This document shows positions 11,774 to 23,679 of a DNA stretch of 35,424 nucleotides, piece after piece. The first letter of the stretch is position 1; each line of letters opens with the position of its first letter. The notes below the pieces were generated by a model. It saw only the letters and a list, made by a program, of their open reading frames with translations, ran no database searches and was not told the origin of the DNA. The translations under genes and the position numbers were made by a program. The stretch comes from Neolecta irregularis DAH-3 (lineage: Eukaryota), in contig LXFE01000188.1 of NCBI GenBank assembly GCA_001929475.1, positions 1-35,424 on the forward strand, read 5' to 3'.

Positions 11774-12102
11774 GCTCTCCGCTGACAAGGCGGCAGAAAC
11801 GGGCTTCTTCAACGATCCCTATCGACGGGACCTGGATCGCTGTTTCTCAAAGTATGTGGCAGAGTCGTCAACAGGGAATCCGCGTGTTCACTTGGAGCAA
11901 GGGCGGCGGTTAGCGCCGGTCACCAAGTACGCGGCTATTGTTGTTCAGAAAATAGAACCTGTGGTCCATTCAGAGGGCTGCTAGCTGGCATCGCGGGAAT
12001 CCGCTTGCTGCAACGTCTGCTGGCTATTCTGTCAACGAAAACCTGGTGGTGAATCCGAGTCCCGCAAATCCCCGGGATCGGGTGTTCTCACTCTGACTTG
12101 CA

Positions 12103-12572
12103 ATGTCCTGGCACCAATCCAAGGTCGCTGTGCCGTCATATTCAAAGGGATGCCATCTCATCACCCACGTTTTCACAGCTGCTATCCCTGAAATCAAAAA
12201 CTACAAAATCGGAATTCTCAACTTGTTCATACAACATACGTCTGCCGCCCTCTCCGTAAACGAGAACTGCGACTCGGATGTTCGCAGGGACTTGTCGGAC
12301 GCATTAGACAGAATTGCACCCGAGCGCGGGGATTATCGTCATAGCGCGGAGGGTCCGGATGATCAGGTACTCTATTCAGAAATCATTGGCGTGCTCAACA
12401 CGAATTATAGCCTGCGCATATCAAGTCCACGCTCGTCGGAGCAAGCGTCAGTATCCCGATATCGAACGGTAAACTGGCATTGGGTACATGGCAGGGAATA
12501 TACTTGTGCGAGTTCCGCAAATCCAGACACTCGAGAACGGTTATAGCCACCATCCAAGGTGAGTTGAAATAA
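12103..12572 (+). CDS. YjbQ/UPF0047 family protein
   Basis: [41 protein letters not shown] and [15 protein letters not shown] motifs; one intron after 12366. Confidence 0.93.
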
Positions 12573-13140
12573 GAGTTGCCTGTCGATGTACATACAGTAG
12601 ATTTAGCCAGCTGAAAAGAAGGCCTCAATGCTTTTCCTTCACGGGGTCTGTTTCAATGGCGTTCGTGTCCAGCTTAACATGCTACTTATCGACAGTAATC
12701 TCTATAATCGCCCCCAACCTTTTAAGCATCACAAATGTGGAACCGCCTTTTTGGCTATCGTATCATGTGTTCTCGCGGGAATAACAGGCTAAATGAGCTG
12801 ATCCTGTAATCAAAACCCTCCCCTGTCACAAAAATTACATTGTCTATTAAAATATACTTTAATTTCTTGGCGTGTCGTCATTCCAATAGGATACGCGGTC
12901 GTCGAAATAAAGTCTAAGAAACATTAACTTGACCCATGGAAATTACTTTTCGTGATGATGTCAGATAGATCCGATGTTTAGACAGGTCATATGTTCCAAT
13001 CACAATTGACGATTATCCCTCGAAAAGACCACAATTTAAATTTAATAGCCAAACCAGAGCAAACCTATCTCCTATAAATGAAAACCAGAGAAGATGCTTT
13101 CACGTACAAAAATAGCTAAATTAACCCTTCATATGCACAC

Positions 13141-13993
13141 TTAGTAAACTCTTCTTCGTTTGGAGTCGTTACAAGGTCTCCATGAATGTCTTTTCCGTGA
13201 ATATGAATCTTGATCAATACTATGAAGAAATTCAAGATCTTTATAACGCTTTATTTGTTCCTGTAATTTATTATTTTCCGTTCTTAGTATGGCGATTTCT
13301 CGAGACATTGTCTTTGTATCGTTTTCAAGTTCATCGATAACAGTGGCGTGTAAGATATTTTGCGAGACTAGAGAGTCTAATTGAGAAGAATTGTTATCGT
13401 TGCGCAAGAAAATTTGTCTATCGTGAATCCTTTGTGTACTATGGCTAGATTTTGAAGAAGCGCTTGATGTCGTGGTTGTTGTGGGGTTTGAATGCGGTGC
13501 AAGTGCATGTTGATGCAAAGTCTGAATACAAGTAGCAACAGAAGAGTGTTTTGCTGGGGTCTTGGAATCACTCATGTGCCTGATAGTCAGTACATACAAA
13601 GGGTGAAAAGATAAACGAGTTGGTTGAAATACTATCATTAGTACCTTGTCTCTCCGATATGTTCAGCCCTTCTCCGCGCCTAAAATCATCAATTGATCAT
13701 AAAACAGGGAAAACGGGCCTTTTTGGTAGTCGTTCGTCTTTATGGTCCACTATCGCCGCACGAGGCCATGTATCATCATCTAGCAAGCGTTTCAAATCTA
13801 TCTTGTCTGTAGGAATTGACTGCTCTCTGCTGCAGAAAACGCGTTAATGGTCATATGTTCTTGTAATACCATACTTTTGACCTCGTAAATCCTCGTCTCC
13901 ATGGGCAAAGGCACATCGAGTTTCAAATTTGCATCCGCGAGAAGATCCATGGTTATAGCAAAGACGAGTTTTATAGAGAGAATAGTCGGGCAT
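13141..13993 (-). CDS. CCCH zinc-finger protein with C-terminal coiled coil
   Basis: Exon 1 MPDYSLYKTRLCYNHGSSRGCKFETRCAFAHG (C-x8-C-x5-C-x3-H, missed by the ORF track); intron 13830-13874; two further introns (boundaries ambiguous) join it to the 13141-13580 frame. Confidence 0.75.
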
Positions 13994-14070
13994 AGTTGTC
14001 AAGAAATGATGGATTGATTTGTATGGGTCACTTGGGCGTAGTATTTTTGAACCTTCAAATATATCATTAT

Positions 14071-14484
14071 ATGTTTCCCACTCGACTTGTCATGTCATTG
14101 GAGTCACGTATACATGAACAAGTAGCATTCATCGTATTATGACATTGTCTAAACTTGAGCTAGCTACTTAAATTAAGCCCTTCTCTCTTGCGAATACATA
14201 ACGACTCGCATTTACACACCCATCATGCGGCAATGAAGGACAACACTTCTCCTGAAACTCATTTTCGAGTACAAGTTGTTAGTAACGAGTTTTGTGGCAA
14301 GGTCAGTCTCATGTTGATGGGATCTAATTTCATGCAGAGTAGAATGCAAAGACATCGGATTGTGTATGGACTATTGAAGGATGAAATGAATCAAGGAATT
14401 CACGCCCTGCAAATCCAGGCGGAAACAGATGATGAAATTGAGTCAAAAAATAAAGATAGCAAACCTACAGCATGTAAGGAATAG
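14071..14484 (+). CDS. BolA-like protein (Bol1/Uvi31 type)
   Basis: IHNDSHLHTHHAAM, ETHFRVQVVSNEF.GKSRMQRHRIVY and GIHALQI. Introns ~14122-14163 and 14302-14337. Confidence 0.92.
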
Positions 14485-14730
14485 ATTGGTTTTCCATATA
14501 TATACCTATCCATGTATAAGACAAATTTATTTTTCCTTTTAAACATTATTAGTTTAGGTAAGGATAGGTCATGAACTTCCTCCCCAAAACACCAGTAACC
14601 ATTCAAACTTTGTATGTGATTTTTCCCATAATTGCATCCAATAACCCGTACAAACGCAAACCCTAGAGCGAAAAAAGAAAGCCTGCATCATTGCAGATAA
14701 GTAAAAAAGAAAGAGAAAACTTCTAGACCG

Positions 14731-15339
14731 CTAAGAACTTGATGTCCTCCGATTAATTCCGTTCCTCGAGATATGGTTTTGTTGCGTTGAGAATCTGTCG
14801 GGAACGGGAGGCGAGAGACGGGTTCGTTTCAACAGCCGGGCGTTTTCTCGTTCAAGGTGTTCGATTCGCCTAACCATGATCCAGTTCTCAGCCTTCAAAT
14901 CCCGAATTTCGGATTCTGATTCAGAAGGGCGATTCTCCATCGTTTCTAGGGGAAACAAGTTGGCAGGGACCGTGCGAGGAGATACGGGAGGGGATAAATG
15001 GGAAAGACACTGAGAATATGGCAACTGAGGCAGGTGTTTGCGGTAGACTGGTTTCCATAGACTGGTGGGGAGCCCGTCTGTGGGAAGATGTAATGCGGAT
15101 GGCCGCGGAGATATGGAATACGGTGTTTGGGGGCCGGGGTTCGAAAAGTCAGAGTCTGAGGACCAAGTCGACTCTGATTCGGCATCCGAGTCTGACGAAT
15201 CATCAGAAAACCAAGATACTTCTTCGCTAGAGGGTTATTTTGTAGATTCGCATAAGACATACGCAACGTCAACTACTGGATGCTCACTGTCACGATGATG
15301 AAACAGCGAAGAAAGGGGCACCGGGCTGGCTTGCTGCAT
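14731..15339 (-). CDS. Orphan protein, acidic/Ser-Pro-rich with short C-terminal coiled coil
   Basis: TATATAAA at 15399-15406, ATG at 15339, intron 15227-15262 (GTATGT..TAAC..TAG) keeps frame; EIRDLKAENWIMVRRIEHLERENARL heptads. Confidence 0.65.
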
Positions 15340-16463
15340 TTGATGATGGATTGTTATACTGGGGACGTCTGATGTCCTGTGGTGCTGCAGGAAAGGACTT
15401 TATATATCCAGGAACAAGCAGGCCTGTGTGTATACTCGGCCGTATTCCGAAAGTCCATGGGGCTCTTCTTTGTTGATAGCGCGGCACTAGAACCGGCCCT
15501 AACCTTGTTGTAGCACTGGCCGATCGCAGTCGCAGAATATCAGCGCCGTGTCCCGCAAAGGCCTGGAAGCGCAGTTCGGAGATACAGGCTTACACATCGA
15601 CGGTGATCCCACCAACAATTCGCATTTTGGTGGTTAGAGGATGTGCTTCATCCCTTTTCCCACTAAAGTACTGTGAAATCCCCTAACGGCTTTAGGTGGA
15701 ATTATATTTTTGCTGCTTTGTGGTCTTGCATTGGCATGCTACGTGTTACACAACCCAGTGATAGGCGCGCCCCGCGCGGTCATTCGGTGCTATCGGCCAT
15801 TCACACTCCGAGAGACGCTGGGTCTAGATATATATTTAGAGAGCTGTAACAGTCCGCCGCTAGCACAGATTTGAGGAACCATCAACTGCAATACGTGACT
15901 CGGCCAATTCTAGAACCCATCACTCAACTATCGGATTTCAATCTTCCCGAATGGCGACCATATACATGAACAAAGAGACATGGTTGCCGCCCAAGATGTG
16001 CGAGACGGCGATAGAAACAAGTTGTCGAACCAGAGGGACTGCACCCTGGTGATACTGTTGAATCCACAGTAATTTCACGCCACCGCAGTAAGACTGCAGG
16101 CACCGGCCGGGTAGTCATCCGGTCGCCAAAGCTGGTCCAAGCTGCGACAGCATTGTGGTTTCAAATGGCAAAAATGGCATTTGCTGCGATGCCCCACTCT
16201 GGTCTGCAGCCGGTGCTTTGCCTGGGCAGAGCAGCGCGCGGGGCGGGCTCCCGTGGTGCCACCGCCCATTAATAATGATTATCGTGCGGAGGTTCCCCAC
16301 CCGATACGCATTTTTAATGGGCGTTGGCATGACGTGATTCTCCTCGCGCAGTTCTCCACTTGGGATGCCCGGTACTTGAAGATCTCACCTCGCAGATTCA
16401 GCTCGGTCCTTCCAAGCCTGTGTTCTTTCCAACCCGCCAGCAAGTGCTTTTATTTTCGTCTGC

Positions 16464-17375
16464 ATGGTCATGAAATGTCGTAGCGCACTGCACAAGGCCC
16501 TCGACCATTCTGACCAGTGGTTTCTTCTTACAGCCGGCGCGGCATTTCTATGTTACTGTAGTCAGGCAATGTTTGTGCCCATGATACAGGGCCTGAAAAC
16601 TCGAGAAGACGTACGCTTGCCGTTTTCACATCTCTGCTGATATATACAGTTCAGGCGCCTGTTCACGACGCAGATCTTCTTTACATGTCTCAGTATAACC
16701 GGTGTTGCTGTTTCACTTGTCTATCTTTTGCAAGGAATCCTCGGATTTAGCCGCCACGTCGTCCTCGTCTGGCACAACTTATATTGCATGTTTGAAATGA
16801 TGATCGCATTCACTCGTATTCCTCGCCAGTTATTCACTCCTACCCATTATGCGTTTATTCGATATCTCATGCTACTGAGCCAATTCGTCCAGGTCTGTGC
16901 GATTCCATGGCACATCATCGCTGCAACAACCGAGTCAAAAGGAATACGTTCAATCGCCACTTACAGCCATATCATCACCTGCATCTTTTTCATCATCACC
17001 GAACTGAGTACTTTACTTGCCTCGAAAAAGATGCTGCGAGAAATACCACCGGATTTCGAGCAGTTCACAGTTACGAGAACCGTTTTATTATTGCTTGTCG
17101 AAGCAAACTCCATGGCGATGATTGCTGGAATCTATTCATTGCTTTACGCTGTATTCGGCAAGTTGACTGTTGGGACGATATGTATGTTTGCAGGAGGAAT
17201 GGCGTTCAAGACGTATGCTTATGTCTTTCGACTCACCAGAGAATGTAGAGAAGCCACTCGGAGTCGAGAGGATTCCAACAAAACCGCAGAAACTGTAAAA
17301 CAACGAGATAGCAAGAATGAAAACTTTTGGGACCCAACAACAAAGATTCGCCAGTGGGATGTACTGCCACTGTAA
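16464..17375 (+). CDS. Orphan multi-pass (about 7 TM) membrane protein
   Basis: Exon 16464-16610, intron 16611-16649 (GTACGC..CTGAT..CAG), exon 16650-17375 give 290 aa with seven hydrophobic segments and a charged tail. Confidence 0.72.
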
Positions 17376-17582
17376 TTGTTGATTTTCTGGGATATTCGGT
17401 AAGGGGTTTTGTTGTACAGCGTCATATTTGTATATTTAGCATAGAATTATAGACAAAAAGGTGATGCTCTATCTTTTTTATTTAGATTCTTATTACCCAT
17501 CATGACTTTATTTCCCCAACAACCAACCGGTATCCTGCAAAACAACCAAAGAACAACTTCCGTCACAGCACTGCTCTAAATT

Positions 17583-18368
17583 CTACTCCATCTTTGACCG
17601 TAAAATCCGAATTATTTCCAAATATCCATCAGCTGTTCGACTTGCCAAATCTTCCAGATTTCCAATCTCATATCTTGCAATAGCATCTTCAATGTCTAGT
17701 TTGCACACATTCGGCGGAATCGACGGTGTTGATTGTGGCGGAGGATAATTCCTGTAGATCCACGTCATAAAGGAATTAATATCGTCTTCTGCTTGGTCTC
17801 TGATTTCATCTCGACGATCGACTATTCTAGATAGCCTCATTGGCCTTTCTAAACTGTTTCGGTTTGGTGGTCTAGATGCTTCGCCATTGTGGATGATCTT
17901 TTGGGGTGATGATGAGGACAGATCAGCAGTCTCGGCCACATCACTTTCGAGAGCGACAAACTGGTTGCCTAGACCTTGAATGACTTCTTCAGAGTCGGCG
18001 GCATGATTTCTCCACCCTTGCAAAGCACTTTCAAGCTCATCAATACAACTGTTGCACTCTGATAACTTGGCTACAAGACCCTTGTTGTCGGTTTTCAATG
18101 TCTGATTTCGCTCAATCAACTCATCTTCAAGTTTAGCCCAGTGAACTCGCTTCTTAGATCGCAGCAGTAACTCTTGTATTTCTTTGCTCATTTTCGCTAT
18201 TTCGAACTTGAGAATCTGGTTTTCTGATTCGAGAGATGCAACTTGAACTTCGAACCGATGATTTACCTCTGCCAAAAGGTCTATTGACGCTTGAAGCTTT
18301 TGATGTTTTCGAAACATCATTTGAAATAGCATGATCGTGAATGTAAGGATATACAAGAGCACGATCAT
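17583..18368 (-). CDS. Orphan coiled-coil protein with degenerate J-domain-like C-terminus (paralog of 10748-11773)
   Basis: 261-aa ORF; hydrophobic N-terminus (TM or retained intron); long heptad region; C-terminus aligns without gaps to the 10748 protein. Confidence 0.78.
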   Translation of the reverse strand: MIVLLYILTFTIMLFQMMFRKHQKLQASIDLLAEVNHRFEVQVASLESENQILKFEIAKMSKEIQELLLRSKKRVHWAKLEDELIERNQTLKTDNKGLVAKLSECNSCIDELESALQGWRNHAADSEEVIQGLGNQFVALESDVAETADLSSSSPQKIIHNGEASRPPNRNSLERPMRLSRIVDRRDEIRDQAEDDINSFMTWIYRNYPPPQSTPSIPPNVCKLDIEDAIARYEIGNLEDLASRTADGYLEIIRILRSKME

Positions 18369-19508
18369 CTTGGTGTTGGAATGTGCGGTGATTATCAGGA
18401 AGAACCAAGAATCATTAAAGCTCTTATCGCGCTATACTCGGTACGGATTATACAGGTTTGGTAGCAACCCTTGTACCCAGTCAAAGCTGATTATCCGGCC
18501 TCGTGGTCACAAAATAGAAATTTAGAAAAAGTTTTCATATCTTTCTTATTGAAGGAAGCGTGATTATTCCTCCGGGCCTGATTGGTTTAATAGTTTCTTT
18601 GTTTAGCGGAATCCGCGGAAGTGACTTGAAATTTACTGTGTGACCTTGGAAATATGCTATCAGGCGCCTAATGACGTAAAAATAGTCTGGATACAACTAC
18701 CAGAACATAAAGCGAAACTTAAGACAACCAAGAATAGTTATAGCTGCAATAGCGTCATTCGGGTATCCGTTAACGGTCAGATCGACGCTATAGAACGTCG
18801 TTTTAGAAGTCCGGGCGAGCTTTAAAGATGCCGTGATCGTGAGACATAAGCGGCAATGTCGACCATGAACGGAGTAAATCTTCATATTCTATGACCTTTT
18901 ACTTGACCAAGGAAATACCTCAAGTGAGCGAGCATCTTTGTGTCTAGGGCCGTTCATACCTGGTCAGCTTTATTCCAGTTTTACTGTGGGTAATAAATAT
19001 TTCTCGGACATTAGAGTACTTTTGTAGCTGCACGAAGAAATTATTATCAATGAATAAAAGTCTACTCTCCTGGTTCAAGAAATATATCGAGAGTATCAAC
19101 ATGAATTCATGTTGTATTTGCCAACAAAGATCTTCTTCGTGTTTGAAGCAGATATCTGAGATAAATAGGATAGAGAAAGTTTAGTTGGCATCGTCTACAG
19201 GTCATCATGCCATTCATCTATTAGTATTCATTTCTCTCCATCCATGGCCCTGCCATCTAGAAATTGACTGCGATCGAACCCATAAAATATTGTAATCTAA
19301 TGAAGATCTCTGATAGAGAACGCAGAAACAGGTCTTTTCAAGTCTCTATGCTCTGATGAATCATGAATCAAAGTTGAAACCTTAAATACAAGCATAGCCT
19401 TAGGTAGCTACAGCTAAAAATTGAAGCTACGGATAACCTTGACCAATCCAATCGAACCACATAACCTCCAAAAATTGTTTCAGTCCCTTCAACTAATCAG
19501 ACGCGGTA

Positions 19509-20866
19509 ATGTCGGAACAAAGCTCGAATGTGCCGGTCACAGAGGGCCGATTAGAATCAATTATGCCACCAAGAACAACACCTGCACCGCCAAATATTGG
19601 AGGATCAAAGATGAAGTTTGCGCCTAAAGCGATTCCACGCAAAAGGCGCGAAGGGTACGTCTGTTTGCAGAAAGTTATCAAGGCTCATTTCATTAGGACT
19701 TCTTTACTCGATACCAATAAGAATGTATAGGGTAAAATATATATAAAACACTGAAAGGGAAGGAATCAGATACATCCGTTCCGAAAGTACGTCCACTTCC
19801 AAAACCTCGTACAAGACCCGAACCAGCGCCCCTCACGGCATCCGGGCCCCTCTCGATGGGACCGAGTGGTCCTTCTAAAGGCGCAAGACTGTTTCCTGGA
19901 GGAAGTGGTGGTGTAGGGGGAGCCTCCGGATATTCAAACCAACGTCTATATCACCCCTCTGCGGCACCAATCAAGAAGTCTGAAAATGACCACGAAGAAG
20001 AAGAGGAAGAGGAGGATGCAGTTGAAGATGGGATTGAACGTATGAACTTGTCCAACTTTGGCGGAATGCTTGCAGATCCTATGGCGCCTGTCTTTGCCGA
20101 ACGACTTGAGAAACCAGATCGACAAGCTGGACTAGAGATACAAGATACCGCTTGCAAATGGAAAAAAGAACCTGCCCAAGCTACATTCACAGAGACTATG
20201 GGTATGTCTATAATTTATATCTTCTCTGAATATGCCTAGTTAAACACGAACCCACCGATCTTGAGATGACTGATATCAATGTCTGTGAAAAATCTCGCAA
20301 GTCATCGAAAAAGATCACAAAGGAACGTGTAATGACTGTTGAGGAGAAAGAAGAAGAAGAAAGAATAGACCATGGTATGCGAATCCTTGCTGCTGAATTC
20401 GGAGACCGCATGGTCACTGACGAGGGTATTGAAGTAGGTGGAGAGGTATTCTATCGAGCATGGAGAGAATACTTATATTTAGTCTGAAGGAAAACTCTTT
20501 TTCTTCCAGCTTCCGCCTGTCATGCCTGCATTTGACCTTTTGGATCCTAGCATTGCTAAAATGGAACAGGGAGCAGTCACAACGAAATCCTTGGACTCAG
20601 GAAAAATCTCGATACCCTCGAATTCAAAAATGTATGCATGGCCGCCTCCGGATGGTATCGTAGGGCAGCTTCGAGTCCATAGAAGTGGAAAGACTTCTAT
20701 AAGGTGGGGAGGTGTCGATTTGCAAGTCTCTCTTGGAAGTGAATGTGGTTATTTTCAAGAACTTGTTGTTATTGACTCAAACACAGACAAAAAGACTTGG
20801 AGTCTAGGGCCAGTCAGCCGGCGAATTGTTGTTATTCCAGATATTGCAGAGTTGCTACGGAAATGA
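19509..20866 (+). CDS. RPC53: RNA polymerase III subunit RPC4
   Basis: MKFAPKAIPRKR near the N-terminus; LFFFQLP and VGQLRVHRSGKTSIRWGGVDLQVSLG..LGPVSRRIVVIPD at the C-terminus; several short introns. Confidence 0.9.
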
Positions 20867-21779
20867 GTCAATGTGTTGAAAAATCCAAGGATGGGTTTTG
20901 TAGCACCATCAAAATCATTTCATGAAATTTGAAAACATGAAATTTGAAATTCTGAACCGTTATCAAGCAGTAGGAATCCTAAACAGCCCCTCAGATATCA
21001 TCAAAGTGCAAGCCAAATTCTTGCAACAGTCCTTCAACAAATTAAGACAACGATTGCAAAGGTTGCTTAGAATTAGTTAGATTCTCACGAGCCAATCTCC
21101 TTCAGGTTTTCATCATTGTAAGAAAACCATGCAACAATGTCTTGAACTTGTTCTGGCTGATGTGCCCTAGTTATTAGAAGTCTATCATTACTTGCAAGCT
21201 CTTACACATATAATGCCAAGACATCACTAGGGTATATATAAGGTTTAAAGATGGATTTTGTTCAAGATGCGGTAAATTAATAACATACTAAGGATCCATG
21301 CTCATCTATGACCACGGTAAAAACAATGGCAAAAGTATGTCATTTACCGGCATCGTTGCGCGCATTCTTCTATTGCATAGTCCATATCCATATGCCGGAA
21401 GGAATGAATTTTGCATTAATCTAACGAACTTCGTAGAAAGGCTTAAATTCGCTAGACCCCATATAAATCAGTTTTGGGGGCCAGTTGGATTCGTTATAAG
21501 GAGGAATTCGTTATGCGGAGATTCTCTATCGCGAGGTTCGACTAGTCCATATGACCAAATTACTGAAGGCGTTACGAGACAAGAATTAAATCTTAGACAT
21601 TCGATTTATCACCACCCAATCTGGATCCGGCAAATGAAGAAAAGTCCCCTCATCAACCCTTTAACGAAGCCAAAAGAAAACGATCCTCAGTATCATCCAT
21701 TACATGCGACAACATTGATATACTTCCTTCCAACGAATCATCCCCACTGCTGAGAAGCAGTACTGTCCCCGATCCGAAT

Positions 21780-23679
21780 ATGGCTACCACCTTGAAACTA
21801 TCCGCCGCCGATTCCGCTGCTGCTTATGTCAGTCCGCCATCGTCAATTAAACATCGAGGAAAACCATGGAACCCGAAATCCTGGTTTTCGTCGGGTCCTC
21901 AAGCCGAGCTGCATCGTCAGCTGGAAAGTCGACATATGCTGATGTTGGCCGTCGGGGGAACAATTGGCACGGGAATTTTCTTATCGGCAGGTGTTGCTGT
22001 AGCCATAGCTGGGCCTGGAGCAGCATTGTTATCATATATCCTCGTCGGTATCTTTGTATATGGTGTCGTGATCATGTTGGGCGAAATGAGCAGCCTAATA
22101 CCTACTTCGGGAGGCTTTGCGACCTTTGGCGATAGATTCGTTGATCCGGCGTTAGGATTTGCGTTGGGTATCAATTATTATTTGCAATGGTGAGAGGCTC
22201 AATCTGCATGCGTTCTGATTTTCCTAGGAGTTTTTCGATTCGTGGGTTTCTTTCGCATCTTCAATATCTTACTCTTTAGCTAGCGAGCTGACTGCAGCTG
22301 CAGTTGTGTTACAGGTAATTCTGTTTCTAGTAAATATGTCTGATGGTTCAGTTCTGGGCGCCAGAAATTCAGTCATGGGTTTGGCCTTTGGTTATCATTG
22401 TGCCAATATTTGCTCTTCAATGTATTTGTAAACTTTGCTCTACTCTCTAAACTGCAGTAATCAATGTTCGAGCTTATGGGGAAATGGAATATTGGGCAGC
22501 ATTAATCAAAGTCATGTTGATCTGTCTTTTCGTGATCGGTATCTTGGTTTTTTTTCTTTCCTAACTTATCAGTGGGTCTACTCTATGATTGGGGTGCTTT
22601 GGACCACTTTGTAACAGTGCCATCACCTGGATTAGACAACTTTCGCAATGGTCAAGCCTTCCTCGGTGGTTTAGGACCTTTTCTTCTAACCTTTGTGTAT
22701 GCCTTTTATTCATACGGTGGATGCGAATTAGTCGCACTCGCATCAGGAGAAGCAATCAATCCATCGAAAACTATTCCGAAAGCGATCAAGGCTACATTCT
22801 TCCGAATTACTCTCTTCTTCGTGATGACCATCTTTGTAATTGGACTTTGTATTAATCACGCCGACCCAACGCTTCTCAATTCAGATAGCGATTCCGATAT
22901 CGCTCAGAGCCCCATTACAGTTGTTTTCGAGAGAGCCGGATTCGGGGCAGCAAAACATGTTGTCAATGCAGTTCTCTTGACTGCTATTTTGTCTGCGACG
23001 AATAGTTGTTTCTACGCTTCTTCGCGGATGATGATGAGTTTGAGTAGAGAAGGGAAATTGCCGAGGGTTATGGGATATGTCAACTCAAGAGGAGTGCCAA
23101 TTCCTGCACTTCTTTTCACACTCGGGATCAGTTGTCTGACGTTCCTGACCACGATTTGGGGAAAGGCCGTGGTGTTTACCTGGGTATTGATCATTTCTCC
23201 TATTCTTATCATTATAGTTCCTCAATGTTACCGGGATATCTGCTCTTATCACTTGGGCCAGTGTCGCATGGATCAATGTTCGCTTTCGTCGAGCCTTTAT
23301 TTATCAGGGTCGAAGTATTGATGATTTACCATATCGTCAGCCATTTTATCCGCTCCTTCCTATCGTTACATTATTCATGGCATCAATCATGTTCATTGGC
23401 GAGACTTATGCAGCCCTTAAACCGCCGTTTGATTGGAGAAAGATCTTTGGTACATATCTGGGATTGATTGTATTCGTCATATGCTACGCCAGCTACAAAT
23501 ACATCAGGAAAACCAGTTTTGTGCATTATGGAGACTGTGATTTCGAATCTGATGCTACTTGGGGACCTGGTGATGGTCAACGCGAAAGGGACCGGGTTGT
23601 CGCGAAGAAACACAATAAATTTGCTATGTCAATGAAGAAGCATCTCAGACAGAGGAAGGCGCCATTAGACGAAGCCTAA
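21780..23679 (+). CDS. Amino-acid permease (APC superfamily, YAT family)
   Basis: LESRHMLMLAVGGTIGTGIF, LGEMSSLIPTSGGF, YGEMEYW, YGGCELVALASGEAINP and LSATNSCFYASSR; six short introns. Confidence 0.95.

Noticed and set aside
15065-15298. Plus-strand acidic ORF
   Set aside because: Antisense shadow of the Ser/Asp-rich segment of the minus-strand gene at 14731-15339.
18745-18795. Stem-loop ATAGCGTC...GACGCTAT with internal CCGTTAACGG palindrome
   Set aside because: Short stems expected by chance; no ncRNA motifs.
21298-21753. 151-aa ORF upstream of the permease
   Set aside because: No recognisable motif and it overlaps the permease promoter region; probably spurious.
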